DNA of 64,000 bases. Origin: a plasmid. Below, in pieces: positions 1 to 8,548 of this stretch (the first letter of the stretch is position 1; each line of letters opens with the position of its first letter). The position numbers were made by a program, and so were the translations under genes. Below the pieces are notes generated by a model that worked only from the letters and a program-made list of their open reading frames with translations, had not been told where the DNA came from and did no database searches. The stretch lies in the sequence record NZ_KX443399.1, one strand, 5' to 3'.

Positions 1-59
1 GTCTACTTCTCCGAGGTGAGCCCGCGCCCCCACGACACCGGTCTGGTGACGCTGCCGCG

Positions 60-300
60 GCGCTCCCCGGGGCGCTGCGCGCCCCGAGACGGAGCGGGTC
101 GCTGCGCTCCCCGCCAAGGGAGCCGCTGCGCGGCTCGATGGTGGTGGCGTCACGCTGCCGTCGATCGCGTCGCTGCGCTCCGCTCGAAACCGAAATCACA
201 GTCTCACCAACAGCATTCATCGGTGCTACTGCGGGGCCCACCGTGGGGAACGAGAGACGGGGACGCGCTGCGCGCGCCGCACGGCGGCCCGTCGCGCTGC
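60..300. repeat. Cluster of short direct repeats (GCGCTGCGC-like x~6; CGAAATCA x2) in non-coding DNA; possible iteron-like region
   Basis: CGCTGCGC(G/T)C recurs at ~72,100,125,170,267,293; no convincing ORF in any frame. Confidence 0.4.
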
Positions 301-700
301 TCTCAACCCGTCCCGAAATCATGCACCCATCATACCCCACGACACCCCCGCCCACCAAAACCGCCACGACACCCGAAGCGCCGAACACTGCACTCCCCCA
401 ATCAAACACACGCACACCACCAAGTCGCCATGCGCAAACACACCCAAACCCACACCACGCCAACAAGATTCGCAACTCTTGTTGCGCCACAACACAATTC
501 AAAAACCCGTCATGCGGCGCCCCCTCCGCACCACGCGCCACCCCACGCCACCGAGACCGAACACACCACCCACACCAACCCGCCGGCCCCACACCTCCCA
601 CCCCGCCGGCGCCCAGCCCCGCAGGTGCCGGCCCCACCCGGGACATGCCATCACCCCAGCTCACGGCACAAAAACGCCCCCACACCCCAGTGGGTGTGAG
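300..700. repeat. CA-rich low-complexity tract with extreme strand asymmetry (almost no G/T on + strand); ends in 60-bp block also found at 1640-1700
   Basis: All three + frames open simultaneously (track ORFs 16-699,138-707,479-1216 with P/T/H-rich translations) = absence of stop codons from composition, not coding. Confidence 0.5.
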
Positions 701-1039
701 GGCCTAGCCCTATGCAGAACCGTCCCTAAAGAGGTTCGACGACCAGCCACCGCACAATGCCTCCGACGTTCCAAAGATCTCCCGGGTTATCGAGCGCCGC
801 CTCGTAGACGGCTTCCGCTTGCTCTCCGACGATCTCGCCACGCGAACCCGACGGCGGACTGGGCTCGAGGAACTCGTACGGGTCGGGCCCTGGCCACGCA
901 GGAACCGCTTCAGCGGGGAACCCGATATCGACATACCCCGGCTGACGCACGACGACCCGGTCTGGAAGAGGAGCAGCCGCCGCCACCGCCTCGATATCCG
1001 TGGTTCTCGAACCTGCCTCGTCTCCGCTACCGCAGCCTC

Positions 1040-1330
1040 CCACTGCAAGAACGAGCCCCACCACAGACAAACCCACCGCCACGCGACGTACCCGCACCAC
1101 TACTCCCCCTCCTGTCGACTGAAGCCCCCCCCGTACAAGACCACCATCCCACCCACAACGCGTCTCCGAACCCGGAAACAACACCCAGACCCCGCGAACA
1201 CGATCGACCACACTGACGAACCGGACCGGCTAGGCGACTTCGGGCCGGTCCCACCAGACCGGATCGAACCCCGACCATCGGTTTCGAAACCATCCCGGAC
1301 GCCTGGAACGGCTCACACCCACCTCCGTGG
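1040..1330. repeat. Second CA-rich low-complexity tract
   Basis: same compositional skew as 300-700. Confidence 0.4.
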
Positions 1331-1376
1331 AGCGGAGAATCTACAAACAACCGACCCGAACTGACGGAGGTACACG

Positions 1377-1490
1377 ATGGGCGGGGACTGGCCCTGGTTC
1401 GTTTGGCTCATGTGGCCACCGTTCTTCAACGAACGAGACTGGCAATGGGCCACCGACAACGCACCCTGCTGGCTGACACTGACCTGCTGA
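1377..1490 (+). CDS. small ORF (37 aa), Trp/Phe-rich, possible small membrane peptide
   Basis: ATG preceded by GGAGGT RBS at -8; MGGDWPWFVWLMWPPFF... Confidence 0.3.
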   Translation: MGGDWPWFVWLMWPPFFNERDWQWATDNAPCWLTLTC

Positions 1491-1501
1491 GGGAGGCAAT
1501 C

Positions 1502-1612
1502 ATGGGACTCGACTACGGATTCTTCGGCAGAGGTCCACTCGGCCCACTCGGACACGCCATCGACACCGCCCTCTACTGGATCATCACCGGCGGGCACATG
1601 CCGCCCACCTAA
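1502..1612 (+). CDS. small ORF (36 aa)
   Basis: ATG preceded by GGGAGG RBS; MGLDYGFFGRGPLGPLGHAIDTALYWIITGGHMPPT. Confidence 0.3.
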   Translation: MGLDYGFFGRGPLGPLGHAIDTALYWIITGGHMPPT

Positions 1613-1801
1613 CGAAGCGATCCAACAGACCCGTAGCAGAGCCGGCCCCACCCGGGACATGCCATCACCCCAGCTCACGGCAACACAAAGACCCCCACAC
1701 CCAACACGGGTGCAGGGTCGGGGCGACCGGCGCGCACACGATCGACCAGACTGACCAACGGAGTCCCGGCCCGGGTCCCTCGGGCCGGGGCTCCATCCGC
1801 A

Positions 1802-2020
1802 TCAGACCGGGTCGAACAGCAGTGCCGCCGCATCATGCTCGACAGGACGGACCACGATCCCCTCCCGCTCGACACCCGTGAACCCCATATCCGACAAGGC
1901 CGCGAGCGCATCGCCCAGGTCCACGCAATCCAGGTCCAGTCCCGGCGGCACGTTCACCGTCGCTCGATGGTGCGAGACCTCGGTCCACTCGATCTCCACG
2001 GTCCGCGTCGTCGTGTTCAT
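1802..2020 (-). CDS. hypothetical protein (72 aa)
   Basis: ATG with GGAAGGAG RBS; 25-bp motif copy just upstream; head-to-tail with next gene. Confidence 0.6.
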   Translation of the reverse strand: MNTTTRTVEIEWTEVSHHRATVNVPPGLDLDCVDLGDALAALSDMGFTGVEREGIVVRPVEHDAAALLFDPV

Positions 2021-2322
2021 CGGCGTGCTCCTTCCGCCACCCGCGCCGGGTGGGACGTGTCATCAGTGCTGGTCACGGTCTCGGAGTCGATCCGGATCTC
2101 GATGTCACCGGTGAACGTCAGTCGCTCGACATCGACGACCAGGCCCCCGGTCTCGGGGTCGATCCAGGCGTTGACGCCCGCGCCCTGGTCCTGCGGCAGC
2201 GCGAAGTAGATGTTCGCGCCCGGGCCGCCGTCGAACGGGCAGGTGGCGAGCTGCTCGGTGATCACGCGGGCGGCGGCCGCGTTCGGGTGCGCGGCGGCGT
2301 TGATCTCGGCAACGGTGGTCAT
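2017..2322 (-). CDS. hypothetical protein (101 aa)
   Basis: ATG with GAGAGAGGAG RBS; 4-bp overlap with downstream gene; C-terminus runs through a 25-bp motif copy. Confidence 0.6.
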   Translation of the reverse strand: MTTVAEINAAAHPNAAAARVITEQLATCPFDGGPGANIYFALPQDQGAGVNAWIDPETGGLVVDVERLTFTGDIEIRIDSETVTSTDDTSHPARVAEGARR

Positions 2323-2364
2323 GGTCGTCTCCTCTCTCGGGTGGGACGTGTCATGTGTGCTGGG

Positions 2365-2643
2365 TCAGGCCGCGTTTTCGTCGATCCAGGGTTCGTCGTC
2401 GCGGTCCTCGACGTAGTCGCCGCCGGGCGGGTCGTCGTAGTGGCCCCGCAGCGCGGCCCGCGCCTTCTCGGATGCGGCCGCCAGGTTCTCGTCCCGGGCG
2501 TGCTTCCAGTCCTCCCAGTGCCAACCCGCGCCCGCGTCGATCACGAACTCGGTCGCGTCGATCGGCTCGCCGCCGAGGAACGCCTCGATACGGGCAGGAC
2601 CGTCCGGGTCGCGGACGACGATGATTTCCAGTTCAGGGGTCAA
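2365..2643 (-). CDS. hypothetical acidic protein (92 aa)
   Basis: TTG start with GAGAGGAG RBS; protein-like composition. Confidence 0.55.
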   Translation of the reverse strand: MTPELEIIVVRDPDGPARIEAFLGGEPIDATEFVIDAGAGWHWEDWKHARDENLAAASEKARAALRGHYDDPPGGDYVEDRDDEPWIDENAA

Positions 2644-2675
2644 TCCGTGCTCCTCTCGATCGGTGGGGTCGGTGG

Positions 2676-3005
2676 TCAGCTCGCGGCCTTCAGCTCCTCG
2701 CGGTAGTAGCGGCTCGAGCGCCAGATCACCTGGCGGAAGTCGACGCCGAGGGCGTCGGCCAGGTGCCGGAGGTCGCCGACGAGGTCGGTGATCGCGGTTT
2801 CGAAGTCGTCGGTCTCGGTGCCGCAGCCCTTCGCGTACGGGGCCAGGGCGGAAACCAGGCTCATTGCCCGTACGGCGCGCGATTCCGCCGGATCGGCCAC
2901 GTCGTCCGGGGCGGGCAGATCGACGGTCTGGGAGGCGTTCAGGGCGATCAGGTCCGCGATCGTGGAGACGGCGGCGAGCTTGGCGGCGTAGGTGGTGTCG
3001 GTCAT
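2676..3005 (-). CDS. hypothetical protein (109 aa)
   Basis: ATG with GAGAGGAACC RBS. Confidence 0.6.
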   Translation of the reverse strand: MTDTTYAAKLAAVSTIADLIALNASQTVDLPAPDDVADPAESRAVRAMSLVSALAPYAKGCGTETDDFETAITDLVGDLRHLADALGVDFRQVIWRSSRYYREELKAAS

Positions 3006-3077
3006 TCGGTGGTTCCTCTCGTCAGGTGGTGGTCGGTAGGGGCCGGGCCGCCGGGGTGGGCGGCCCGGCCCGGGCGG

Positions 3078-3395
3078 TCAGTTCTTCGTAACCGTGTAGC
3101 CGAGGGCGTCGGCGAGCATGTGCATCAGTTCCTCACCGTCGGGCCGCTCGGCGTGGTGCATCCGGGTGCGGACCGCGTCGCATTCCTGCGGCTTCTCGCA
3201 CTGGCACTCGGAGTTGATGACCTCGTCGTCGAGCTCGAGCGAGGACCCGAAGCTGGCCGGGTCGATGACCCACTTGTCGGTGTCGGCGAGGTCGCGCATC
3301 AGGTAGACGCGCACCGCGCCCTCGACGTAGTGGCTGCCGCGCTCGACGGCATGGTCGGACGGGTGGACGAACGCGGGGGCGGTCAGAGTCGACAT
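3078..3395 (-). CDS. hypothetical Cys-containing protein (105 aa)
   Basis: ATG with AGAGAGAAGGAACC RBS; CQCEKPQEC motif. Confidence 0.6.
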   Translation of the reverse strand: MSTLTAPAFVHPSDHAVERGSHYVEGAVRVYLMRDLADTDKWVIDPASFGSSLELDDEVINSECQCEKPQECDAVRTRMHHAERPDGEELMHMLADALGYTVTKN

Positions 3396-3469
3396 GAGGT
3401 TCCTTCTCTCTGCGTGTTTCGCCGGTGGGGAGTTGGTGGCCCCGCCCTTGTGGGGCGGGGCCGTCGGGC

Positions 3470-3616
3470 CTACATGTAGGCGACCTCGTCGTCGGTCAGC
3501 TGGCGACCGGCGGTCAGTTCCACCAGTTCACGCTTGGCCGCGACGAACTCGTCGTGGTCGTCGCCGCCGATGGCCGCCTGGTAGCGCTCGCGGGCCTGCT
3601 CGATTTCCTTGGACAT
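3470..3616 (-). CDS. small hypothetical protein (48 aa), first gene of minus-strand operon
   Basis: ATG with AAGGGGGACA RBS directly downstream of conserved promoter; below track cutoff. Confidence 0.5.
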   Translation of the reverse strand: MSKEIEQARERYQAAIGGDDHDEFVAAKRELVELTAGRQLTDDEVAYM

Positions 3617-3644
3617 GTTGTCCCCCTTTCGTCGGCACTCCTTA

Positions 3645-3675
3645 ACCTTACAGGTATCACTTGTAATGTTGCAAC
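3645..3675 (-). promoter_or_regulatory. Conserved promoter copy 1: -35 TTGCAA, 18-nt conserved spacer (CATTACAAG...CCTG), -10 TAAGGT (TANNNT)
   Basis: GTTGCAACATTACAAG block shared with copies at 7684-7714 and 13895-13926, each ~35-45 nt upstream of a minus-strand operon start. Confidence 0.5.
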
Positions 3676-3796
3676 TCGGGAGGTTGCCGGTGTCGCCCGG
3701 CGAGCCTTCACCTTTCGCGCAGCTCCCCGACGGACCTGGCCGGCACTTGCGCCGGCCCCTCGCCGGGACGTGTCATCTGTACAGGTCAGGGCGCAA

Positions 3797-3830
3797 AAAG
3801 GCCCCCGCGCCCATGTGGGGCGCGGGGGCG
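3797..3830. terminator. GC-rich hairpin (GGCCCCCGCGCCC/GGGCGCGGGGGC) following a 25-bp motif copy; bidirectional terminator candidate
   Basis: perfect 12-13 bp stem between convergent/serial minus-strand genes. Confidence 0.5.
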
Positions 3831-3860
3831 GATGGCCGGGAACGGCCTACGCGAGAACGG

Positions 3861-4340
3861 TCACGACCCGAACAGCGAGGCCGAGCCGAACGGCGACGAC
3901 GGCGCGGACACGCTGACGAAAGTCGGCGCGGTGGTGGCGGACTGGCTCCAGGCCATCTCAGTACCCCAGACGCCGACGTGCAGCCTCCGGCATCCCCACT
4001 CGACCTGGTAGTCGCCGTCTGCCACGTTTCGGATCTGAAGCTGGCTGACTCCAGGCGTGAGCGTCACGGGCACGAACTCGCGGTTCACGAACCCGACCGA
4101 GTACAGCAACGACACCTTGTCGACGTCCTCGATGGTCGAGCCAGGTTCCACAAGGAATGCGCCACATTCGATGTCGCCACCGGCGTTGTTGGTGACCGCC
4201 AGCGTGACGGTGCTGCCCTTGGCAGTGGCGACGACACTGACGTCTTCCGGTGCCGCCCCGGCGGTACCCGCAGACAGCAACGCCAGAGGCGCTGCGGCCG
4301 CCACAGCCGCAAGCGCCGAACGAACCATGATTCGAGTCAT
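3861..4340 (-). CDS. secreted protein with N-terminal signal peptide (159 aa)
   Basis: MTRIMVRSALAAVAAAAPLALLSAGTAGA signal; flanked by motif+hairpin modules. Confidence 0.7.
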   Translation of the reverse strand: MTRIMVRSALAAVAAAAPLALLSAGTAGAAPEDVSVVATAKGSTVTLAVTNNAGGDIECGAFLVEPGSTIEDVDKVSLLYSVGFVNREFVPVTLTPGVSQLQIRNVADGDYQVEWGCRRLHVGVWGTEMAWSQSATTAPTFVSVSAPSSPFGSASLFGS

Positions 4341-4443
4341 CGGGCAAGGATGCCACTCACACGCCGGTCACCTGCCGAAACTCCCTGGCCATTGCGCCGG
4401 CCCCTCGCCGGGACGTGTCATCTGTGCAGGTCAGGGCATGAAT

Positions 4444-4478
4444 GCGGCCCCTGCGCGGGGGAGGTGCGCAGGGGCCGC
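4444..4478. terminator. GC-rich hairpin (GCGGCCCCTGCGC/GCGCAGGGGCCGC) adjacent to motif copy
   Basis: 13-bp stem downstream of minus gene ending 4498. Confidence 0.5.
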
Positions 4479-4497
4479 GGGCTTCAGTGCCAGGCCG

Positions 4498-4767
4498 TCA
4501 GGCGGTCGGGTCGAACTTCACGTGGACGACGGTTTCCGTATCGGCGGCACGCAGGCATCGGTCCAGCGCGTCACGCAGGGCGGCTGCGCGTTCGGGCGTG
4601 AGCTCGAGGGTGGGTTCATCGCCGTACCAGGGACTCTCGGGGTCAGTGTGGAGACCGAAAGCAATCTGCACTTTCCGGCCCCGCCCCAGCCCGGTGCGGT
4701 CACTGCGGCTGAGCGCACGGACGTCGGCGCGGTCGTCGAACGTCTCACCGTCGACGGTGACGGCCAT
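4498..4767 (-). CDS. hypothetical protein (89 aa)
   Basis: protein-like C-terminal segment of track ORF 4498-5844; internal ATG at 4767 just after stop of upstream XRE-like frame. Confidence 0.45.
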   Translation of the reverse strand: MAVTVDGETFDDRADVRALSRSDRTGLGRGRKVQIAFGLHTDPESPWYGDEPTLELTPERAAALRDALDRCLRAADTETVVHVKFDPTA

Positions 4768-4800
4768 GTCGACGGATTCGGCGTGCACGATCCTGCGGGT

Positions 4801-5266
4801 CACCGGAGGGAATCCTGCCCGGTCACGGCGTGGACTGCCGCCGGTTCGAACGACAGGATGGCCAACCCCTTGATCCCGTGTGTCGGCCGCTTCTCGTGGT
4901 GCCGGGGCTCGGCGTCGGGGTGGGTGAGGGTGCGCACCCGCACGCCCAGCAGCCGCGCCAGGGCCACGGTCTGCTCCCAGCTCGGATAGAGGCTGCCCGC
5001 CTCCCAGCGGTCGACGGCGGGCTCCTGCGCTCCGCACGCGATGTCGACGGACGGTCCGACGTGGTGGCCCGCGTCGAGCAGGCCGGTGGTACCAGGGGAC
5101 GAGCTTTCCCGCCTTCCACAGCTCGTGCTCGTCGTCGTCCGGCTCGGCGAAGGGCTGCGCGTCGAAGTCGGTCGAGAACGCCCGCAGGCGGTCGCGTTCG
5201 GCGTCCGACGCCGATGCCACCGGCTGCCCCATGACCGGGTCCGGGGTCGCGGGTCTGCGGCGCAGG
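4801..5266 (-). pseudogene. XRE-family HTH gene with apparent frameshift (N-terminal in one frame, HTH ...VDRWEAGSLYPSWEQTVALARLLGV in the -1/+2 frame)
   Basis: HTH_3-like sequence only readable in a frame different from the GTG/RBS-initiated N-terminus; junction near 5085-5095 (..KLVPW / GTTGLLDAGHH..). Confidence 0.35.
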
Positions 5267-5309
5267 AACTTGAACACGGGCACTCCTCTCAGGTGGTTGC
5301 GGGCGCGCG

Positions 5310-5747
5310 CTACGCGCTGCGGCGGGCGTGGGCCTGCACAGCGGCTTCGCGCAGGACCCAGGTGTCGCCGACGCGGGTAGCGGGCAGCTTCTTGGTGTTG
5401 ATGGCCTTCAGGACGCCCTGGCGGCTCACACCGAGCGTGGTGGCCGCTTCGGTGACGGAGACGAGCGGGGGCAGCTCGATCGCGTCGGTGATGCGGTCGT
5501 AGTCGTCGGTGGTGAGCACGCGCAGGGACAGCAGCGTGAACGGGTAGCGGTCGAGGATGGCCAGGGCGGTGGTGTTGGCCTGGCGGACGGATTCGGCGGG
5601 CAGGGTGAACACGACCTCGGTGCGGCCGAGTTCGGAGCGTCCGACCGAGCCGGAGTGGTCGGCGATGGGCTCCATGAGCTGGTCGACGGTCTGCTCGTCG
5701 AACGCGACGTCGAGTTCTGCGGCGACGTTGTAGGACTGTGCGGTCAC
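5310..5747 (-). CDS. DNA-binding protein with C-terminal HTH (excisionase/MerR-like), 145 aa
   Basis: ...VSVTEAATTLGVSRQGVLKAINTKKLPATRVGDTWVL; GTG with GAAAGGACCGAAGAG RBS. Confidence 0.6.
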   Translation of the reverse strand: MTAQSYNVAAELDVAFDEQTVDQLMEPIADHSGSVGRSELGRTEVVFTLPAESVRQANTTALAILDRYPFTLLSLRVLTTDDYDRITDAIELPPLVSVTEAATTLGVSRQGVLKAINTKKLPATRVGDTWVLREAAVQAHARRSA

Positions 5748-5848
5748 TTCTCTTCGGTCCTTTCTGCGTTTCGTGGTGAGGTGCGCGGTTTGGTTGGATG
5801 AGTCCGGGCCGGGGGTGATTCCTGCACCCCCGGCCCTTTCTCATGCGT

Positions 5849-6085
5849 TCAGTGCCGTGGTGGCCACTGGAACCCGGTCTGGCGCTTGATCTGCGCCAGG
5901 GCGTTCTTGAAGGCTCGCCGGTCGCTGGCCGTTTTCGAGAACGTGGTGATCACTTTCCCGTCCTTGCGGACGATCGGGTGACCCGCCGATGTAGCGCCGA
6001 TCTCGAATCCGGCCTTCTCGAGTGCCTTCAGGACTTCCCGGGTGTCCCGGTCGATTCCCTTGAACTTCTGCGGCAATCCTCGCAC
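5849..6085 (-). CDS. HicA-like (YcfA family) putative mRNA-interferase toxin, 78 aa
   Basis: VLKALEKAGFEIGATSAGHPIVRKDGKVITTFSKTASDRRAFKNALAQIKRQTG resembles HicA consensus (..aLek.Gw...GSHh.f.hp.k.g.vtvP....dl..gtlksIlkqAGl). Confidence 0.5.
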   Translation of the reverse strand: MRGLPQKFKGIDRDTREVLKALEKAGFEIGATSAGHPIVRKDGKVITTFSKTASDRRAFKNALAQIKRQTGFQWPPRH

Positions 6086-6095
6086 CTCTCTGTTT

Positions 6096-6136
6096 AGTTG
6101 ACAACCTGATCATAGCTTGCAGGTTGTTGATTGGCA
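6096..6136 (-). promoter_or_regulatory. Putative promoter (-35 TTGCCA / 17 nt / -10 TATGAT) overlapped by inverted repeat CAACAACCTG...CAGGTTGTCAAC (operator candidate) upstream of hicA-like gene
   Basis: read on minus strand; IR arms bracket the -10. Confidence 0.4.
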
Positions 6137-6277
6137 ACCATTGACGCGAAGAGCAGCCGCGACCTGGGATTTCTGGGGGCCGGCGCAGCGCCGGCGGTCG
6201 CGCGCGGGAGGCCGCCGGACAGCACGAAGGGGGCTCCCCTCGCCAGGTGGAGCCCCCTTCGGATGGCGCGGTGGCCG

Positions 6278-6823
6278 CTACAGGCGGCCCGTGACCGCGC
6301 GGGCGTACTCGCGGGCGATCGGGTGGTCGACGTTCGCCCCGCCGCCGATGTAGGCGGCGGCGATCGTCTCGGGGTCGGTGGGCTTGCCTGCGGCGGTGAG
6401 GCGGTCGACGAGGTCGCAGTCGGCGCCCACGAGGGCGACGACTGCGTCGCCGATGTCGTGCGGGGATGCGGTGCCGCTGAGGTCCGCGTCGACGAGGAAC
6501 GCGGCGGCCGTCTGCGGGGTCAGCTGCGCGGGCCCGGCCTGGCCAGCGGGACCGACTGCGGCGGCGTCGAAGCCGGATTCGGCATCGAGCTGGGCGGCGA
6601 TGAATGCCGGGCTGATCTGCGCGGCCGGGCACAGCAGCGGGGCCGCGTGCACCCACGGGGCGAAGGCGACGGGCACGCGGTCGAGCGCGCGGTCGAGCGC
6701 GCGGTCGAGCGCGCGGCCGGGGGTGTCGGCAGCAGCGGTGGCCGGGGCGGCGAGCAGCGCGGCGGCTGCGGCTCCTGCGGTGGCCGTGGCGAGCGCGGCC
6801 CGGCGGGCGGTGGTCGAGAACAT
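6278..6823 (-). CDS. secreted lytic transglycosylase (SLT domain), contains RALDRALDRALD tandem repeat
   Basis: signal peptide; ...AQLDAESGFDAAAVGPAGQAGPAQLTPQTAAAF SLT motif; GAAAGGAT RBS. Confidence 0.8.
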   Translation of the reverse strand: MFSTTARRAALATATAGAAAAALLAAPATAAADTPGRALDRALDRALDRVPVAFAPWVHAAPLLCPAAQISPAFIAAQLDAESGFDAAAVGPAGQAGPAQLTPQTAAAFLVDADLSGTASPHDIGDAVVALVGADCDLVDRLTAAGKPTDPETIAAAYIGGGANVDHPIAREYARAVTGRL

Positions 6824-6897
6824 GCGGATCCTTTCGGTGGGCGATCAACCAGCGTCGCCGGTGCCGGGGTTCCGGCACCAGCGGGTGGTCGGCGCTT

Positions 6898-7377
6898 CTA
6901 CACGCGGAAGTTGTGGACGCGAACGCGCTCGGGGGCACCGTCGGGGCCGCCGAAGCCCCGCGCCCGCACCGCCGTGCGGGCCTCGGCCGGGACGGCGGCC
7001 TCGTGGCCGCTGGCGGCGTAGCGGTGTTCGGTATCGAGCGCGTACAGGCCCATCTCGTAGTCGTAGGCGACCGGGTGCAGGTACCAGCTGATTCCCTGCG
7101 GGGTGCCGAGCCAGCCCTTGACGTGGCGCGTGCGGCTGGTGCCGTCGCGCTCGACGACGGTGACCGGGGTGGCCCACTCCACCGAGACCAGCGCGTAGAG
7201 CGGTGCGCCGATCACGCCGGTCGCGGCGGCCGCGCTGTGCGCGCCGGCGAAGGGCTGCACGAGCGCGCCCCGCTCGGGGTGACGCGGGAAGCCGTGGACG
7301 TAGCCGACGACGAGCGCGGTGGCCCCGTCGATCTCGGTGGCGAATCCGGTGGGGAGCACGGTGGCGGCGAAAGTCAT
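6898..7377 (-). CDS. hypothetical protein (159 aa)
   Basis: ATG with AGAGGAGGT RBS. Confidence 0.7.
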   Translation of the reverse strand: MTFAATVLPTGFATEIDGATALVVGYVHGFPRHPERGALVQPFAGAHSAAAATGVIGAPLYALVSVEWATPVTVVERDGTSRTRHVKGWLGTPQGISWYLHPVAYDYEMGLYALDTEHRYAASGHEAAVPAEARTAVRARGFGGPDGAPERVRVHNFRV

Positions 7378-7425
7378 GGTGACCTCCTCTGTCGGGGTGG
7401 ATGTTTCAGGCGTCAGACGGGCCGG

Positions 7426-7635
7426 TCAGGCGGCAGCAGCGGCCAGCAGGTGACCCGGAATCGCGGTGATGTCGACGGCATCGACGCCCTCGAGCGTGCG
7501 GCCGTCGGCCAGCGTCACGTCGGCGGTCATCCCGCTGTCGTTCGTGGCGATGCCGGAGATTTCGACGATGTCACCGATGATCGACTCACCGGCGAGGTTG
7601 AGGGTAACGAGCTGTGCGGCAGAGGTATTCAGCAT
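7426..7635 (-). CDS. small hypothetical protein (69 aa)
   Basis: internal ATG of track ORF with GAAGGAGT RBS, ~40 nt downstream of conserved promoter copy 2. Confidence 0.55.
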   Translation of the reverse strand: MLNTSAAQLVTLNLAGESIIGDIVEISGIATNDSGMTADVTLADGRTLEGVDAVDITAIPGHLLAAAAA

Positions 7636-7683
7636 TTCCGTACTCCTTCGTTGCGGTGTTTCCGACAAGACGAACGTTACAGG

Positions 7684-7714
7684 TAGTGCTTGTAATGTTG
7701 CAACCTGGGAATCA
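7684..7714 (-). promoter_or_regulatory. Conserved promoter copy 2: -35 TTGCAA / 18 nt / -10 TAACGT
   Basis: same GTTGCAACATTACAAG block as copies 1 and 3. Confidence 0.5.
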
Positions 7715-7737
7715 CGGCACGGGAGGCCAACTACGCG

Positions 7738-7888
7738 CCGGGACGTGTCATCTGCGCAGGTCGCACACGGTTTCGGGATGTGTTGGCGGAGACGAAAATT
7801 GCCGAGCAACGAGAGCGTGTCTCGATGCTCGGCAATGACCGATCAGGCGGGCCGGCTACCGGCCGGGACGTGTCATCTGCGCAGGTAG
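7738..7888. repeat. ~150-bp composite element copy A: 25-bp motif - imperfect long hairpin (ATTGCCGAGCA...TGCTCGGCAAT) - 25-bp motif
   Basis: near-identical to 8549-8702; the two copies flank lipoprotein gene 7899-8477. Confidence 0.8.
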
Positions 7889-7898
7889 AAGCGTGTTT

Positions 7899-8477
7899 CT
7901 AGGGCCACTCAGGGTTGGTCCAGTAGGGCGGGATCTCGCTGGCCAGGCCCTCGGCAGTCCTGGTGCCGTTGCTGCTCTGGTTGCAGGGCCCGGACCAGCC
8001 GACGCGCACAGTCGGGCCGTCGGCGTAGTGGAAGGTCGTCCACACGAGCGTCTCCGGGTCACCGATGGACGGCCCTCCGCATCGGCGTGGATTCGCCGGA
8101 CTCGCGCCTGCATTGAACGCGGCGACGACGGCGGCCAGGTCCGCGCCGTCGATACGCCCCGACGCCGCGAGCGGCGGCAGGGGCGGCGTCTGTTCTCCGC
8201 CGGGCTTGTCGTAGCGGCACACCTCGGCGAACAGCGGTGTGTCCGGAACCATCGCCTCGGCGGTGCCGGGACGCGCGAGCCCGAACTCCCATGACGGCCC
8301 GGCCGAGCAATCGACTTCGGTTGTCTCGGTTTCGAACATGGTGACGTCAACGCTCTTCGTCGGTTGGTCGTCGTCGTTGTCGCTTGCGCACCCGGTCAGT
8401 GCCAGCGCGATTCCCGCGCCCGCGCACAGCGCCGCTGCTGTCAGGACGCGGCCGGATGCTCTCGTTGTTTCCCCCAT
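7899..8477 (-). CDS. lipoprotein (192 aa)
   Basis: signal + lipobox ALTGC. Confidence 0.7.
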   Translation of the reverse strand: MGETTRASGRVLTAAALCAGAGIALALTGCASDNDDDQPTKSVDVTMFETETTEVDCSAGPSWEFGLARPGTAEAMVPDTPLFAEVCRYDKPGGEQTPPLPPLAASGRIDGADLAAVVAAFNAGASPANPRRCGGPSIGDPETLVWTTFHYADGPTVRVGWSGPCNQSSNGTRTAEGLASEIPPYWTNPEWP

Positions 8478-8548
8478 GCCCCGCAGACTACGAGCCGCCG
8501 CGTTGTCGTCGGCAGAAGATCGAGGCCGACCCGCGTGCGACCCGTCGG

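Noticed and set aside
726-968. Possible short minus-strand gene (..GEIVGEQAEAVYEAALDNPGDLWNVGGIVRWLVVEPL)
   Set aside because: Protein-like tail but no convincing start/RBS, and embedded in repeat-rich non-coding region; left unannotated.
16-1216. Three overlapping + ORFs (227, 189, 245 aa) with Pro/Thr/His/Arg-rich translations
   Set aside because: All three frames are open at once because the + strand here is almost pure C/A and cannot form stop codons. This is low-complexity DNA, not coding.
5841-7021. Long ORFs 5841-6938 (-) and 6131-7021 (+) with Arg/Gly/Pro-rich products
   Set aside because: Off-frame or antisense to well-supported genes (hicA-like, SLT) in >65% GC DNA; composition typical of GC-driven spurious ORFs.
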